From Balanoglossus misakiensis (lineage: Eukaryota > Animalia > Hemichordata), in assembly GCA_040954595.2 (NCBI GenBank), contig CM082597.2, positions 6,223,749-6,287,748 of the forward strand: 64,000 nt of DNA, in the 5' to 3' direction. This document shows, in pieces, positions 1-12,168 of this stretch. Below the pieces are notes generated by a model. It saw nothing but the letters and a program-made list of their open reading frames with translations. It had not been told where the DNA came from and did not search any database. Made by a program: the position numbers and the translations under genes. How positions within the stretch are numbered: position 1 is the stretch's first letter; every line of letters begins with the position of its first letter.

Positions 1-102
1 AGCTAAGCGTCTAAAGTTTATTTACCAAAATATATGACAACAAAACAAAACAAGACAAAAGACACAAACACAATACGCTTTTATATCTCTACTACAGCTT
101 AC

Positions 103-3100
103 CTTTTCTTACATGGAGTTTTAGTGTCAGACCTGTGTTACAACAAAATTTATAAAAAACCAACACTTTAAAACTAATTCACTTCTAACGTTCCTGGACA
201 AACCGCTGATGTTAGAATACAATGTTCTGGTACATATTCAAACACTCCACTGACCACAGGCTAAAAATCACAGGTTTTAAAAATGTTGATTTATGTCTAA
301 AATCGCATGTAAGTTACACGAAACTACCACTTTATTTTTCATTACTGCTTGCTACAACAAAATAGTCGTTAGTCGTCATCTCTGCTGGATTTCATGACAA
401 TAGAGTTGTCAATTCATGCATATGACCACTAGAGGGCGCTAGTACAAGCCAGAGAAACTGGTCAGAACTGTCACAAAATATTCATGTACCATGTAATCTT
501 ACCTTTCATCCATAGAATAGGAACTATCCAGTTCACTCTCCTCGCGCATCGTGGGCAAGCCAGGTCTACTGGAATAAATATCAAAAATAATTCATTAACT
601 TTTAATGTGAAAATGACTGGTACACAGCTGTTGGCAAAGTTGGAACATGAGAATATCCACAGTGACTTGACAACAAATAAATGTTAGGAGTTTGAAAGGT
701 TGATCTCTGTATCCCCAGTATTTCAAACCCATGCTACCTTGGTATATGGCATGACAACCTGCTGACTGTACCAGTGTTTTTGGGGGTTTTTTGTCAAGTG
801 CAGTACCCTGATATGTGTAACCAGGGTTCCCCAGTCATTTTACTAGGGTTCACCTTCTTATAATAATCAATACAGTCACGGAATTGGTAGCACTGAGGAG
901 TGTTACAACAGTTCCCAAATCTGGAGCCTGAATTAAACACAATTCACAATTATCTTATCTGTCATATGAACTTGAAACTGCCCTTCCATTTTTGCAAACA
1001 TAGAATTGACAGTCAGATACCTCAGGAGGTCAAATATCAAATTCCAACATACCTGTCCATCAAAACTCAAGAACATATTTCAATGCGAAAAAGTATCTTG
1101 CATCCCAATAATGGCTGGGGCATAAAAGTGAAAGAGCTAATTTTGACTATTTCCGACCGTTCAACTAAGGTTTCTATAGCAATCAGCTTATTGCTTATAA
1201 CCGATGCTTTTTCCTAGCCACCAGCTATTTTCTGCATCCCTCAATGCTACACATGCATATACCAGTACATTGTATCTTCTTCTATATGTTTATTGATGAA
1301 CTGATAGAGACCATGGTTAAATTGACCAGGCATCACCATATGGTTTCATGCCATATGTCACTTCACAGTTGTGTAAACTATCTGTCGACTTTAAAGGGCA
1401 ACGATCGTCTTATGCGCATGTGCCAAACCAGAGACTCTGGCTACAAAAATTGTATACAGTCAAAGCTATAAGGCGGTGTGCTGTCCTAACAACAGACAAG
1501 ATGGTGGTGACCGTAGTCTGTGTCGGAGATCGGGGGAAAGACAGCAAAGTGGGCGAAAAGAAGGGACAAATCTAAAGTCTACTTCTTCCAAGGAATCAAA
1601 GGCAGTCCACTATTTGAATACGTCGAACACAAAATTTCAAGAAAATTTGGATTGCAAATTTTGAGCCCTGCATGATTCATTATGATCGATTGGAGGCTAG
1701 TATGATACGAAATATATACTCATTCACAATCCAAATCACTGTGACCCTTTCCTTCCCATACTGAGCCTTTCCTCAGCAGAGTAACCCTATCAGAAAAGTG
1801 ACATCCGCCCCCCCCCCCCTGGAAAAAACTGACCTGTCCCTCACTTCAATATCCAACTCCAATACCTAATCAGTAACCTGGGTCATTGTTCACCAAGTAA
1901 GATTTCAATATTAATATAAATTCTTCTAGACTACAGAATGACCATAAAATGTGATTTAAATGTTTTACAACTTGTTATTTAAATAACCGCTCTTTTCAGT
2001 CTCAAGATCTCTGACCCTCTGACCCTGTCATCATATATAATAATACAAAACGTCCTTGAACACAAAACAAAGGTGTGATTCAAATTGTTGTAGAAACTTA
2101 ACAAAGGTATCCATTGTTTCACATTTGGTCAACAAGATGTCTGACATTGTGATCAAGGGGCCAGTGGGAAAACACCAAGCACCAGCTGATACTGATATGA
2201 AAAGCATTGTTATGCAATAGTTACAATGCTATATTGTGTTCCTAGGAAAATTAGAATACAATGTATACTGGCATTATTGGTATTTCATGATCAGATTCAC
2301 TCTTGTATTTCTTTCAATATTCTGTGGATCGCGTGAAATATACAATCTCACCCCTGTTGACTCTAACATGATATCATGCTTCATTTTGTTTTTAATTTAT
2401 TCATGATCTTGTATGTTAATGTTAAAACCCTCTACTTTAATCCTAGAAATCAATACAAATCTAATGATCAAGTATTCTATGTATTATTGGAATCGTTAGA
2501 ATCCAGGGGTGATATATTAAGTGGACAATTAATTTAATTAATATAACTGTATCAGCCAGGTGCTTTCTTACTTTGAAATTGATTTAAGTTCAATCTCATA
2601 CAGTTAGTTTTGTTAAGCTTGAAATGTTTATTTCTCTCTTTAACAACCGGTATGAATTATTTCATGAAATACGTCAAGAAGTTAAAAATGCATTCACTGA
2701 AAAAATAATATACATGTAAGATTCACACCCTATGTTAAAGGGGGTCCCGTCTTGATGAAACACTGCAACATTTCCCAACCTAATTAAAAATACAGTTGAG
2801 GTACTCAGGTAGACATTTTGTTGGCTGAAGGACTGCCTGCCCTCAATAGAAAACAGTAACACCAGTACCGGTATAATATGTGCTGGTAGTTATACTTCCT
2901 GTGACAAAATGGCTGCTCTCTAGAGGTCATTGCATTTTATTAGCAAACAATAAAATTGTCACAAAAAGGCAATGCATGGGAAAATAAATGGTGAAATATT
3001 TCTGTCTTCTTGTTTTGGTAACACTTATTGTTTGAAGAATTTAACAAATACAAAAAATTAGTAATATTTTAATTGACAAAATCTGTCGATCAACATATGT

Positions 3101-4235
3101 TACAAAAAGTGCCAATTTGCCGGCTATAAATATCTCAACATAAATTGCATTTTGCATGGATATATCATATGCATAATTTTTTAAGACTAAATGTGTGATC
3201 ATCTGAACCATACCCACAGGGTGTCCTATTAATAAATATTTATATTTTACCATTAAATTTAAAACCCTTTCATTTGAATGAAACCACCCCCCCCCCCCAC
3301 CCCCACCCTTGTAGCAGTCCAACGTACTACCATAGAAAACAATGTATTTGGACCAAACCAAGCCATGGTAATGAAAGTGATAAACCAAAATTCCTTGTTT
3401 TAGACCAAAATCTATTTTGATAAGCTGACACTGTTTTGTGGTTTATAATTAAATTATTATGACTTAAAAATTCAATTACTGTCCTTTTAACCCAGAAATA
3501 TAGTTAATCAATATTATTGTGAACGTTATTTTACTCAAATCGCCAGTTTTCATGCTCACACATACAGTGATGATGAAACCTGGAACTACAAATGTAACTT
3601 CAATGCCATAAAATAAACAAAGATAAACACATCGACATCATAATAAATCATGCATGACCGTGACATGTATGGACGAGGTCATGCACATCCTTTGTTTTTC
3701 TCGAATTTCTGCATACATCTCTCTTGTCAATTTTAGTGTAATTTGACCCGTCTTGTACTTAGATTATGTATCTGTCCGGCACAAATGATATAGGGGCTAT
3801 AATACAGGACTTTGTTTGATCAGCCGATTAACTGTGTTTGAGTATAGTATGCTATTGTTAAATAATCTCTCGGCTGGCTGGCCTAATACTACCGGTACAA
3901 TGACAGCTGTCAGAGACTGTGATTGATTCATGAAGGACTACAGGAATAGCGGTCTTGTTTACGCCATTATCTCACGTCAAACCTCTGTGAATGCGGTGAA
4001 ATATTGGGGTTATATTTACTAACCTTAGTGGAGGTGTCTTTGGCAGATCTTCACCAGTTAAATTCGAGCTCACCGACGTGTTTGCGTTGGTCGCCGCTGC
4101 CGATTCAGGAGGAATCAGTTTCTCATCCGCTGCATCCTGTACGTTGTCTCCGCTGGGATTTCCCTCCCCGTCGTCATGTTCTCGGTCCTTTTCTTTCACA
4201 ATGTCCAGCAGCGTCTTCTGCGACAGAGTGGTCAT
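103..4235 (-). CDS. Unidentified multi-exon gene, 5' part only; CDS exons complement(4235-4024, 568-503, 132-103), continuing off the left edge; MTTLSQKTLLDIVKEKD...PKTPPLS|RPGLPTMREESELDSSYSMDER|SDTKTPCKK
   Basis: Minus-strand donors gttagt (after 4024), gtaaga (after 503) and gtaagc (after 103). Acceptors ttccag (before 568) and acacag (before 132). All junctions are phase 2 and the spliced frame is open. ATG 4235 has A at -3. No recognisable domain. Confidence 0.7.
423..442 (+). promoter_or_regulatory. CTCF-type binding motif TGACCACTAGAGGGCGCTAG
   Basis: Near-perfect match to the bilaterian CTCF core CCASYAGRKGGCRS. It lies in an intron of the minus-strand gene. Confidence 0.55.
1395..1660 (+). 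mobile_element. Dispersed ~270-bp repeat (copy 1 of 3), beginning at TTAA|AGG; probable end fragment of a non-autonomous TTAA-targeting DNA transposon
   Basis: The sequence ...gcatgtgccaaaccagagac...aaaaattgtatacagtca...gtgctgtcctaacaacagacaagatgg... recurs at 34076-34350 and 52582-52860, each preceded by TTAA. Confidence 0.75.
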
Positions 4236-6083
4236 CGTTTCAGCGAGTTGTGTAAGCACAGAGAGGAGTAATCACGGCGCTTGGACGGAAAAACTGACCA
4301 GCTTCATCAGCCTAGCCCCGTTCGATTTCACTGTCAGCCATTTTGGTATCAAAGTTGACCTTTGCCCCGAGTGAAAGTCATAAAATTAGGGAGCTGTAAT
4401 AATTTATAAGGAGGGGAGGGTCAAAGGGATTAGATGAAAATCACTATAAATCAAAGCTGTAAGGAGGACCCGGGCATTTGATTAGGAAGGGAGTACATTA
4501 TCAATGTTTTGTATGCAACCATCAAAGGGCCAACATATCTCAATGCCCACAATTCCTCTGTGTGTATGTTTGTATGCATAATTAATCAGCCTACATAAAA
4601 TAATTATGTTAAATTTACATTTCAACGTTTTGCTCTACTGGTTACAAATACACGACTCGAACAAGCCACGCTGTTGCTGGCTGTGATTTAAATTCTAAAA
4701 ATTAACACATTTATTTAATCATGAATTTTACAGTACAGATAAAAGATGGTAATTAAATTAAATTAAATTAACGTGGTCACTCTGATAGAACTATGGAACT
4801 CGGGTCAGACTGCAGAATGCAGGTGTTTTTTTCCAATGGCAGACACCAGTCAAAAATTGCTTTGCATCCATAACTGAGACCCGTTATTTCGGCCACACCT
4901 CTCCAACTCTCATCCGTACCTCATCAGTTGTATGTGCCATATGTGCACACCAAGTTTCACTCAACGTAAACCCAAAGTTATTAACAATGACTACACCCTT
5001 ACCCAGACTTACTTTTAAGCCAACAAAATAACGTGTGGATGTATTAACGTTGAAACAACAATCAAATTTGTAAATCAGATTAAATGAGAAAAGGTTGAAG
5101 TGTACACGAATTGCTTGAGATAACTTGTCGATATTTTCACGCGTTTGCCTGGTTCACTGTCCCAATTCTACCGTTGGCTGCGCTATGCTCCGTGGATGCG
5201 CTCCGAGTCAAGTGCTTCAAAGTGGTCGGTCTCTCAAAGCACAGGGGAGTGTCTCACGCCGTAAAGCACAGTTCAAACACAGCCGCGCATTTCAAACCAG
5301 GCAAGCGAACTGGTAACTTCCGGTTTCTGGGCAACACGTTTATCAGCTGCAATAATTGTAACCCACGGGCCTTTATCTTACCTGCCCGTAGGGCTACAAT
5401 TCCTTCCCATAGAAAACGTGGAAATTTTGGCACAGCAGATCTGTTGTGCACAGAAACGGCCGAACTGGCGGCGAATCTCACCGTACCTTTACTAGAATCT
5501 TGCTTCCTGGTTATAAGCGATCACATCGACGCAAATCAAAGTTTCTAATTACTAGATTGTGATTGGCTAATAAATGAGTCATACAGAGACTTGGCGTCTG
5601 CTTATTCACATCTGACCGCAATTACTGATATCAATGTCAAGATTTTAAGAAGAGCTAGTGTCCTGTTTATGCGAAACAATTCTAAACATAGAATAGACTC
5701 ATAATCGAGGGGTTTTTAACTGCACACATCTCTGTTTTCTGACTGTGTTTGCTGAAAAGGGCAATGTTTGAGAGATATGTTTCCCCGAGATATGCGTCCT
5801 AGCTAGTACATGTTGTTCCTCTAATTATATTTGGAGAGGAGAGTGTTGTATTTAAACTAAGTTTATGAAGATTTTCGTGAAACGCCATTCTGTGTGTACT
5901 GATGAGTGTGAAATTGCGTGATACAGTTGCTAACAATTAAGTTATCAAGAGCAGTTCAGATTTGTGCAAATAATTACAGACAAATTGAAGGTTATAGCAA
6001 GCCAAGATAATCTCATGAATCCGTTCTATAATTTGACTGGGCTAACCAACATGTGTTTATTTTACCTTGTCTCAACAACTCAG

Positions 6084-6208
6084 GTGATCGAGAAGAAGAC
6101 ATCCAAGATGTAGAGTTTGAAGACTTGACAGAGCAAGATGAAGATGAAGAGGATGAAGATCTGTTGAAATCCATGGAAACAAGCTTCATCTCATCCCATG
6201 ATGCTTAG
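6084..6208 (+). other. Orphan acidic terminal-exon-like segment (G)DREEDIQDVEFEDLTEQDEDEEDEDLLKSMETSFISSHDA*
   Basis: Pyrimidine-rich acceptor ending ctcag at 6083, open phase-1 frame to TAG at 6206-6208. No upstream partner exon identified. Confidence 0.35.
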
Positions 6209-7060
6209 GTTTGATTTGATTATCTTGGGATTTACATCTTTGTAGAGATGCATTTCTGCCAGATAATAGTTTAAATTAAAACAAATCAGATAAACTTAAA
6301 AGATTCTTAAATGCCAAACAATGGCTGAAATGAAAACGAAAATGTATGTTTAAGACCCTATTCTGTTGGTAAATTTCGACCGGTGTATAAGGAATTGGTA
6401 TGCAAATTTGTATATTTGAAATGTGACACAAATATTGATCGTACAGAGATCTGAATGCACTGAAACAGTAAGTAGTGTCCTGTTAATTAACCAGCAATTT
6501 GCGTATTTTTTAACAAATTTGTGCAGTTATTTTTAAATCAATAGGTGCTCTGGATAATGTGTGAATATGGAATTAACCATATTAAGAGATACTTTGCAGT
6601 TCCTTATAAATCAACTACAAATTTGCATACATGTATTTGATAATCTTATGATAGATTTTTGAAATTTTACTCTATTTTATGAAAACTGTGATACATTTAA
6701 CAGTATCTTGTTGTATAATTGCTAACTCGGATATCCAATAAATGGATGCACATATTGCTATAAATCCAGTTAATGTATTGAATTTTGATGAAATTGTATA
6801 ATAAACAGAAGTTAGCTTTGCTGGAAGACGAGGGTGAGTTTTTATGCTGTTTGTGTTGTTTTTGTTGTTGTTGTTGTTTTAGTTCTGGAAATGTGGTGCA
6901 AGGGATGCTATGCAATTTATCTTTCTCGCACAGCGCCCTCTTGAGACGAGAGAAAGAGTAAGAGAGTCTGGGTAACCGAGACTATTATACAGGTACATTT
7001 TGGGATTATACCTGAGGTCAACAAGAATTCTGAGGTTCTGAAACTTCAGAGGGCTCTGAG

Positions 7061-7114
7061 GGGCTCTGACTCAGAGGGCTCTGACTCAGAGGGCTCTGAC
7101 TCAGAGGGCTCTGA
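7061..7114 (+). repeat. 15-bp tandem repeat GGGCTCTGACTCAGA x3.6, each full unit containing TGACTCA (AP-1 site)
   Basis: Units at 7061, 7076, 7091 and a partial unit at 7106. Confidence 0.9.
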
Positions 7115-7134
7115 AAAGTCAACTCTACCAACTC

Positions 7135-7241
7135 TGCACTGCTCTTGATAAGACTTCAGTGCGTAGGCGAACGATTTGTCGCGCCTACCAGCTCGCTGTT
7201 ACCATGGTGTCCAATTGACTGTAGTTGGGGCATGTTAGAAT
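7135..7241 (+). repeat. ~105-bp dispersed duplication (second copy 9863-9977)
   Basis: tgcactgctcttgataagacttcagtgcgta(g/t)gcgaacgatttgtcgcgcctaccagctcgctgttaccat...gttggggcatgttagaat occurs at both loci. Confidence 0.85.
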
Positions 7242-10200
7242 GCGGGTTAACTTTGATGAATTCTAGGGTGGGTTTAATGTACAGGCACAATCAGAGATTG
7301 ATAATGTGCAAAGTAACTGTAAAGTACATAGATGGATGACACTATGTTCTTAGGTGTTGAAATCATTACATCCTCAGCTAAGTTATTCATAAGTTGTGTG
7401 TATTTGCCAATTTGTTCACAAGAAACTTATGATAGTTATATGAGATATTTAGCGAATGTCAGAACAACGTTATTAATGGAGACATTTCTGATATTGTAAT
7501 TTCAATGCTAACTTCGGTACTTTTTTGGTAATGCATCGACATTTCTGTCGTGAAAATAATCTGCATAATTCTGCTGATAATTTCATTTTAAAAGTGAAGC
7601 ACACAGCACCACAGGCCGGTTAGTTTATAATCGGAGTACACATGCAGTGGATTTTCCCGAGTGCTATTTTAGGCGGGTGACATCACAAGATCCTTATCAA
7701 TACGTTATACTTAGGTCCGTTGCCAAACACTTGAGTTTATTTTTTGCACAAGGCATGCCTCGTTTAATCATTATTTAAACAAAGTGACATTTTTATAGAA
7801 CTCTAAGTTTTGTTCCCCAAACTTGGAGTGCTCCTGCCTACGTCTTTTTCACTTCTAAGCTGACTATATAAACTTCTGAGAACATATTTTCGAAGATTCC
7901 GTCTTACAGAGCAGTTTGTGGTAGACGAATACATTTCACCTGGAACTTCAAAAGGAAAGATTTGTCAGGTATTGTGTCATTTTCTTCCAATCAAATACTT
8001 TTGAATAATTACCTCATGTCGACAACTAGCTCTGTAAACTGGAATCGAAAATTGCTTCGTCTTATCTATGATCCCCAACTAGTATTGTCGCGCTGCTTTC
8101 GACAACACTTACCAGACGTTCTAAGGTTTGAGAACAGATTTAAAACTAAACTTGATACATAGTGTAATCATGTTGTTCTCGGGACAAATAGGGGTCTGGT
8201 TATAAACCATCACAGAGAATTTCACTAAACAAAATGGCGACGATACCGACGATAAACCATATATATTCTGGAAGCTGAGTTTTTGAACTTTTGTTTGCGT
8301 TGCAAATATTATTAATCCCCGGAAATGGTGGCGATTTTGGGTTAAAAAAACAATGTTTTGATATTATGTCATAAAATTTAAAATAGGTAAAAAAGTTGAC
8401 CATGCATCATGCATCTTAATATGTCATTCGAAACTAGAGTACACGTGCAAAAAAACGGTAATTTTGTTTTGCGTTATCTGCTTCCATTGAAGAGTAACAG
8501 CGTTTGAAAGTTAGATTTTTAGTAAAATTTGATCAAATTCACGGTGAGTTGTATTGTATCAGAGTTTATTCCCGCCAGGGACACTTTATCGACTAACAAA
8601 AATACCGTTTTGTTAGATGGGTCATACACAATCATCAGTTAAAATTTGAGCAAATTCGGCCAACGCGGGGCGAGGCTATTTTCGTCTGAAGTTGTCAAGA
8701 GCAGCGAAAATGCAAACTGAGAAAAACGGCCATTTGCATTGTTGACACCTATTTGTTAAGCTGTGAACTCATTCAGAAAAGTGCTATTTTGGGGTGATTA
8801 TGCACCATTTCCGCCAAGACGTATTAGTCAGGATGTGGGTCAGTATTAGGCCTACCGATTTATGCAAAAAAGTAAAGTTTGGCAAAAATCACATCTTTTC
8901 ATGCAATGCCACCTTAACTGGAGAAATAACTCTCACAAATCTAGCTGAAGTAATGATTGTCATTTTTTGTAACCCGTCGTTTCTAAAACTAACCAAGTGT
9001 ACCTGTCAGAACTTCCCCCATAACGTTTCTACATCACCGCAGGTCGTACGTGACGTCACTAAGCAAAGTGCAGAGTTTTAATATTTACATTATAAATCCA
9101 CATAAGACAGCCGCAACGTTAAAGATCGAGCCAACCCTAAATCTGGTTTGAATAAGCTTGCCAAAATATGATGTCTACTGCTATGCACTTGCTTATTGAC
9201 AATTAATACATTTAGTCTCCAGACCACAAATCACACTTTTCCCCAGCAAGGATGGACCTTGTCTGGACAAAGCACGACTGACACCCTTTTGAAAGCATAA
9301 CATCGTACGAGACACATTATAATATCATGCTACCGTCCGCCATTCTGATTGGACGAAAGTGATTGTAAAATACTGTTTTACCACTGCCGGCAGTGGTAAA
9401 ACAGGCCCCTGAACTAGCATGCAGCAGGGAAAATGTGCGGTTAAACCAAAGTCATGTGGGTTTAAACCAAATAAATAACATAAAACACTTGAATTTACGG
9501 ACATTTTATTTTGGAACTGCTCTGCTCTGAATATTTTGCACTTTTGTCACTTTTTGTCGTCTGCTTCATGTTTAATGCTGACGCTGTTTCATTAAGAAAT
9601 TGACACTGATATGCCACAAAATCAATTTTTGATATAATATAATACGCGTCTCTGCGGCAAATCCCCCCTCTACTGTCTATGGTGCTATTTGTCTCGAACT
9701 GTACCACGCCTGCGTCGTGGGTTAAAGCTTAGGCCTAAATAAGGTATTTGTCAACATATAGCTTTCATGGTTTCAGGTCAAGTGGGTGCCTCAGATGTCA
9801 GGGAAAACAACTTTGATTTGCAGTGTGGTTGAGTGATTTATACCCATACGTATAATAAAATGTGCACTGCTCTTGATAAGACTTCAGTGCGTATGCGAAC
9901 GATTTGTCGCGCCTACCAGCTCGCTGTTACCATATATAGTGTCCACTGAATTGACTGTAGTTGGGGCATGTTAGAATCCGTGTTATATGTGCCAATCATA
10001 AACTCAATGTATGGATATTGAAGTATTGAATCGTACAGCATGTCGTGTTATGAAAATATCACAGAAAGAGGTTAACCTTGATGGATTCCAATGTGGGTTA
10101 ATTTCAGATCTGTCAACTGCTTCAAATTGAACTGTGACCCTACCTGCCGGGATCCTTATTAAAGACTTTACGATCTTGCGTGCACTTGACATTTTCATGT

Positions 10201-10521
10201 CGGATTTATTTGTAAAATTTGAAATATTATTTAATGATTCTTTTAACTTGGACGAAAGCTTCACAAGTTAAATTGTCACGGTAAACCGGATATATGGAGA
10301 GAGTGAGCTTTGGCTCGCGGGAATGTGTAAAGACATTGCAGGGGACTATGTACCGGCCACCGGCAAGCTACTAGTGCTAAGCTGAGCTTGATTTGATCAG
10401 AAGGATTAAGACATTTAGTAGCCAGCAACGGGGCTCGGGGAGAAACTACTGTAATTTAACTGGAGTGGATTCTCTCTTCACATTCGCTTGCTACAACACA
10501 CACAGCAGAATGATGTTGACC

Positions 10522-11400
10522 TAGTCTGGTCCCCTGCCCCAATCCCACCGCTGGCTGCGCTACGCTAAAGGGAAAGGGGCCCGATTTCACACCCAGAAAC
10601 CTGGGGAGACCACGTGATCATAAACAAGATGGATGCCTCCAATGTCCGTACGCCAGTCTAGTCTCGGTTACCCAGACGCCTTTGCTCTTCCGATGCTCTC
10701 CAGAAAAAGGGTCTGGGGAAATGCTATTGAAAGCTTTGTAAAACAAAATGGCCGATGTCACGATTTTGATCATCGCCTGATTGGCTGAGCTGTCAGTATG
10801 ACCCGGGTCACTGCAATAGTTTCGACAATCGTCTCCCAAAGATATTTCATATAATTTCTCCAACAATGCTAACAGAGGACGCCTTTTGCCTTTCGCATCA
10901 ACCAACAAGTACCGGTCTCTTGATATGAAGATACGACAAAAAATCACACATTGTCGAGAGTCAGTGACCCGGGTCATACTGACAGCTCAGCCAATCAGGC
11001 GATGATCAAAATCCTGACATCGGCCATTTTGTTTTACAAAGCTTTCAATAGCATTTCCCCAGACCCTTTTTCTGGAGAGTATCGGAAGAAGCAAAGGCGT
11101 CTGGGTAACCGAGACTATACGCCAGTCAAGATTCATCCAGACAGTTTATTTTGTTTCGTTTGTTGTAAAGTTGAAAATCGAATGATAAACATTAATCACG
11201 GTTACTAGAAATAGTAACCGTGCATTAATGGAGGTGAAGGAGAGAACGGGAAATGAGTATCTTACAAAAACATATCAACTTAACAACTTAATGTTCGTAT
11301 GTATTGACCAATGAGAGCCATGTTTACAATAGGCCGTGCCTGACTCTTTCCCTTTAGCGTAGCGCAGCCAGCGGTGGGATTGAGGCAGGGGACCAGACTA
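10522..11400. mobile_element. Non-autonomous DNA transposon with TAGTCTGGTCCCCTGCC... TIRs and a perfect 10-bp TSD (Academ/AcademH-like, tentative)
   Basis: TIRs of ~55 bp at 10522-10577 and 11344-11400. TSD GATGTTGACC at 10512-10521 and 11401-11410. Confidence 0.9.
10659..11117. mobile_element. Nested MITE with ~150-bp TIRs (TAGTCTCGGTTACCCAGAC...) and a perfect 10-bp TSD
   Basis: TIRs at 10659-10811 and ~10962-11117. TSD TACGCCAGTC at 10649-10658 and 11118-11127. Confidence 0.92.
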
Positions 11401-11439
11401 GATGTTGACCGACCCAAAGTCGCAGCATCTGGATAATTG

Positions 11440-11850
11440 ATACATATTCTCAATAATGGATATACGCCTCTCATCTGATGGCGCTTCTTCGCCACAGGCA
11501 CCCACAATCAACTTGATGAATCCCCAGGCCTGTTCTTCTCCACAATGGACCGTCCAGCATCCCCTATCAGAACCCCCTTGCAGACCTCCATGGCCTTCCG
11601 TCCAGAACTATCATAGTTGTCGAAGATGTCAATCATTCTCTTCTTCAGCGCGTTTATGCTCGTTTTCATGCTGACAACTAGGTCTGATTCGAAATGAGCC
11701 AGCTGCTCCTTGATCATGGCATGGCTTCCCCAAGTCCTGGGCACTATGATGGGTCAGGTCTCAGAACTGAGAGAACATAGTCCTCTTTCGCGTGTGGCAC
11801 GCCAAGAATCTTCCATTTTAGTTTCCTACCCGGACAAGGCACCACAGAAG
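11440..11850 (-). pseudogene. Decayed coding fragment, possibly TRIM-like B-box plus coiled coil
   Basis: Across a stop and frameshifts: ...ATRERGLCSLSSET*..HSAQDLG..MIKEQLAHFESDLVVSMKTSINALKKRMIDIFDNYDS. Weak resemblance only. Confidence 0.3.
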
Positions 11851-12168
11851 TCTTTAAACATTAAACGTCAGCAGCCATGCTCTCTTTCACGAGCAGCTCA
11901 CAGATTGTGTAGGCTGTGATTGGTCAACAATATCACAAAGCATTCCACTGCATGAAGACAGCTAGGCATTATTTGGAGAAAAAATGTGTAGATGTATAAC
12001 TTATGAATTATCAAACCAAAGTAAACAATACAAGTCTACTTGATACTGCTATTTTTTATTTACTTGATACTGATATGTTCTTTGATAGGTGTGACAGATA
12101 TATTGCATTCTGTTGTTAAAACTTTGAAGTACTCCACACACTGAAGTGAGCTGGAAATATAACCGAAG

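Noticed and set aside
1053-1114. Candidate extra minus-strand exon (ccccag...gtatgt)
   Set aside because: It is 62 nt, breaks the frame and has a stop in the required phase.
3972-4341. Initially read as a decayed retrotransposon gag/ORF1 start
   Set aside because: A phase-2 donor at 4023 splices in frame to two downstream exons, which favours a host gene.
5111-5548. GC-richer overlapping ORFs (145 aa on +, 75 aa on -)
   Set aside because: Non-ATG starts, no recognisable motif and no consistent splice partners. Probably repeat-derived or regulatory DNA.
7143-7182. TTGATAAG...GCGAAC...GTC resembling a minimal hammerhead ribozyme
   Set aside because: The core CUGANGA and GAAA boxes are both mismatched and stem I cannot be formed convincingly.
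10004-10264. 86-aa minus-strand ORF
   Set aside because: GTG start, no domain and no splice support.
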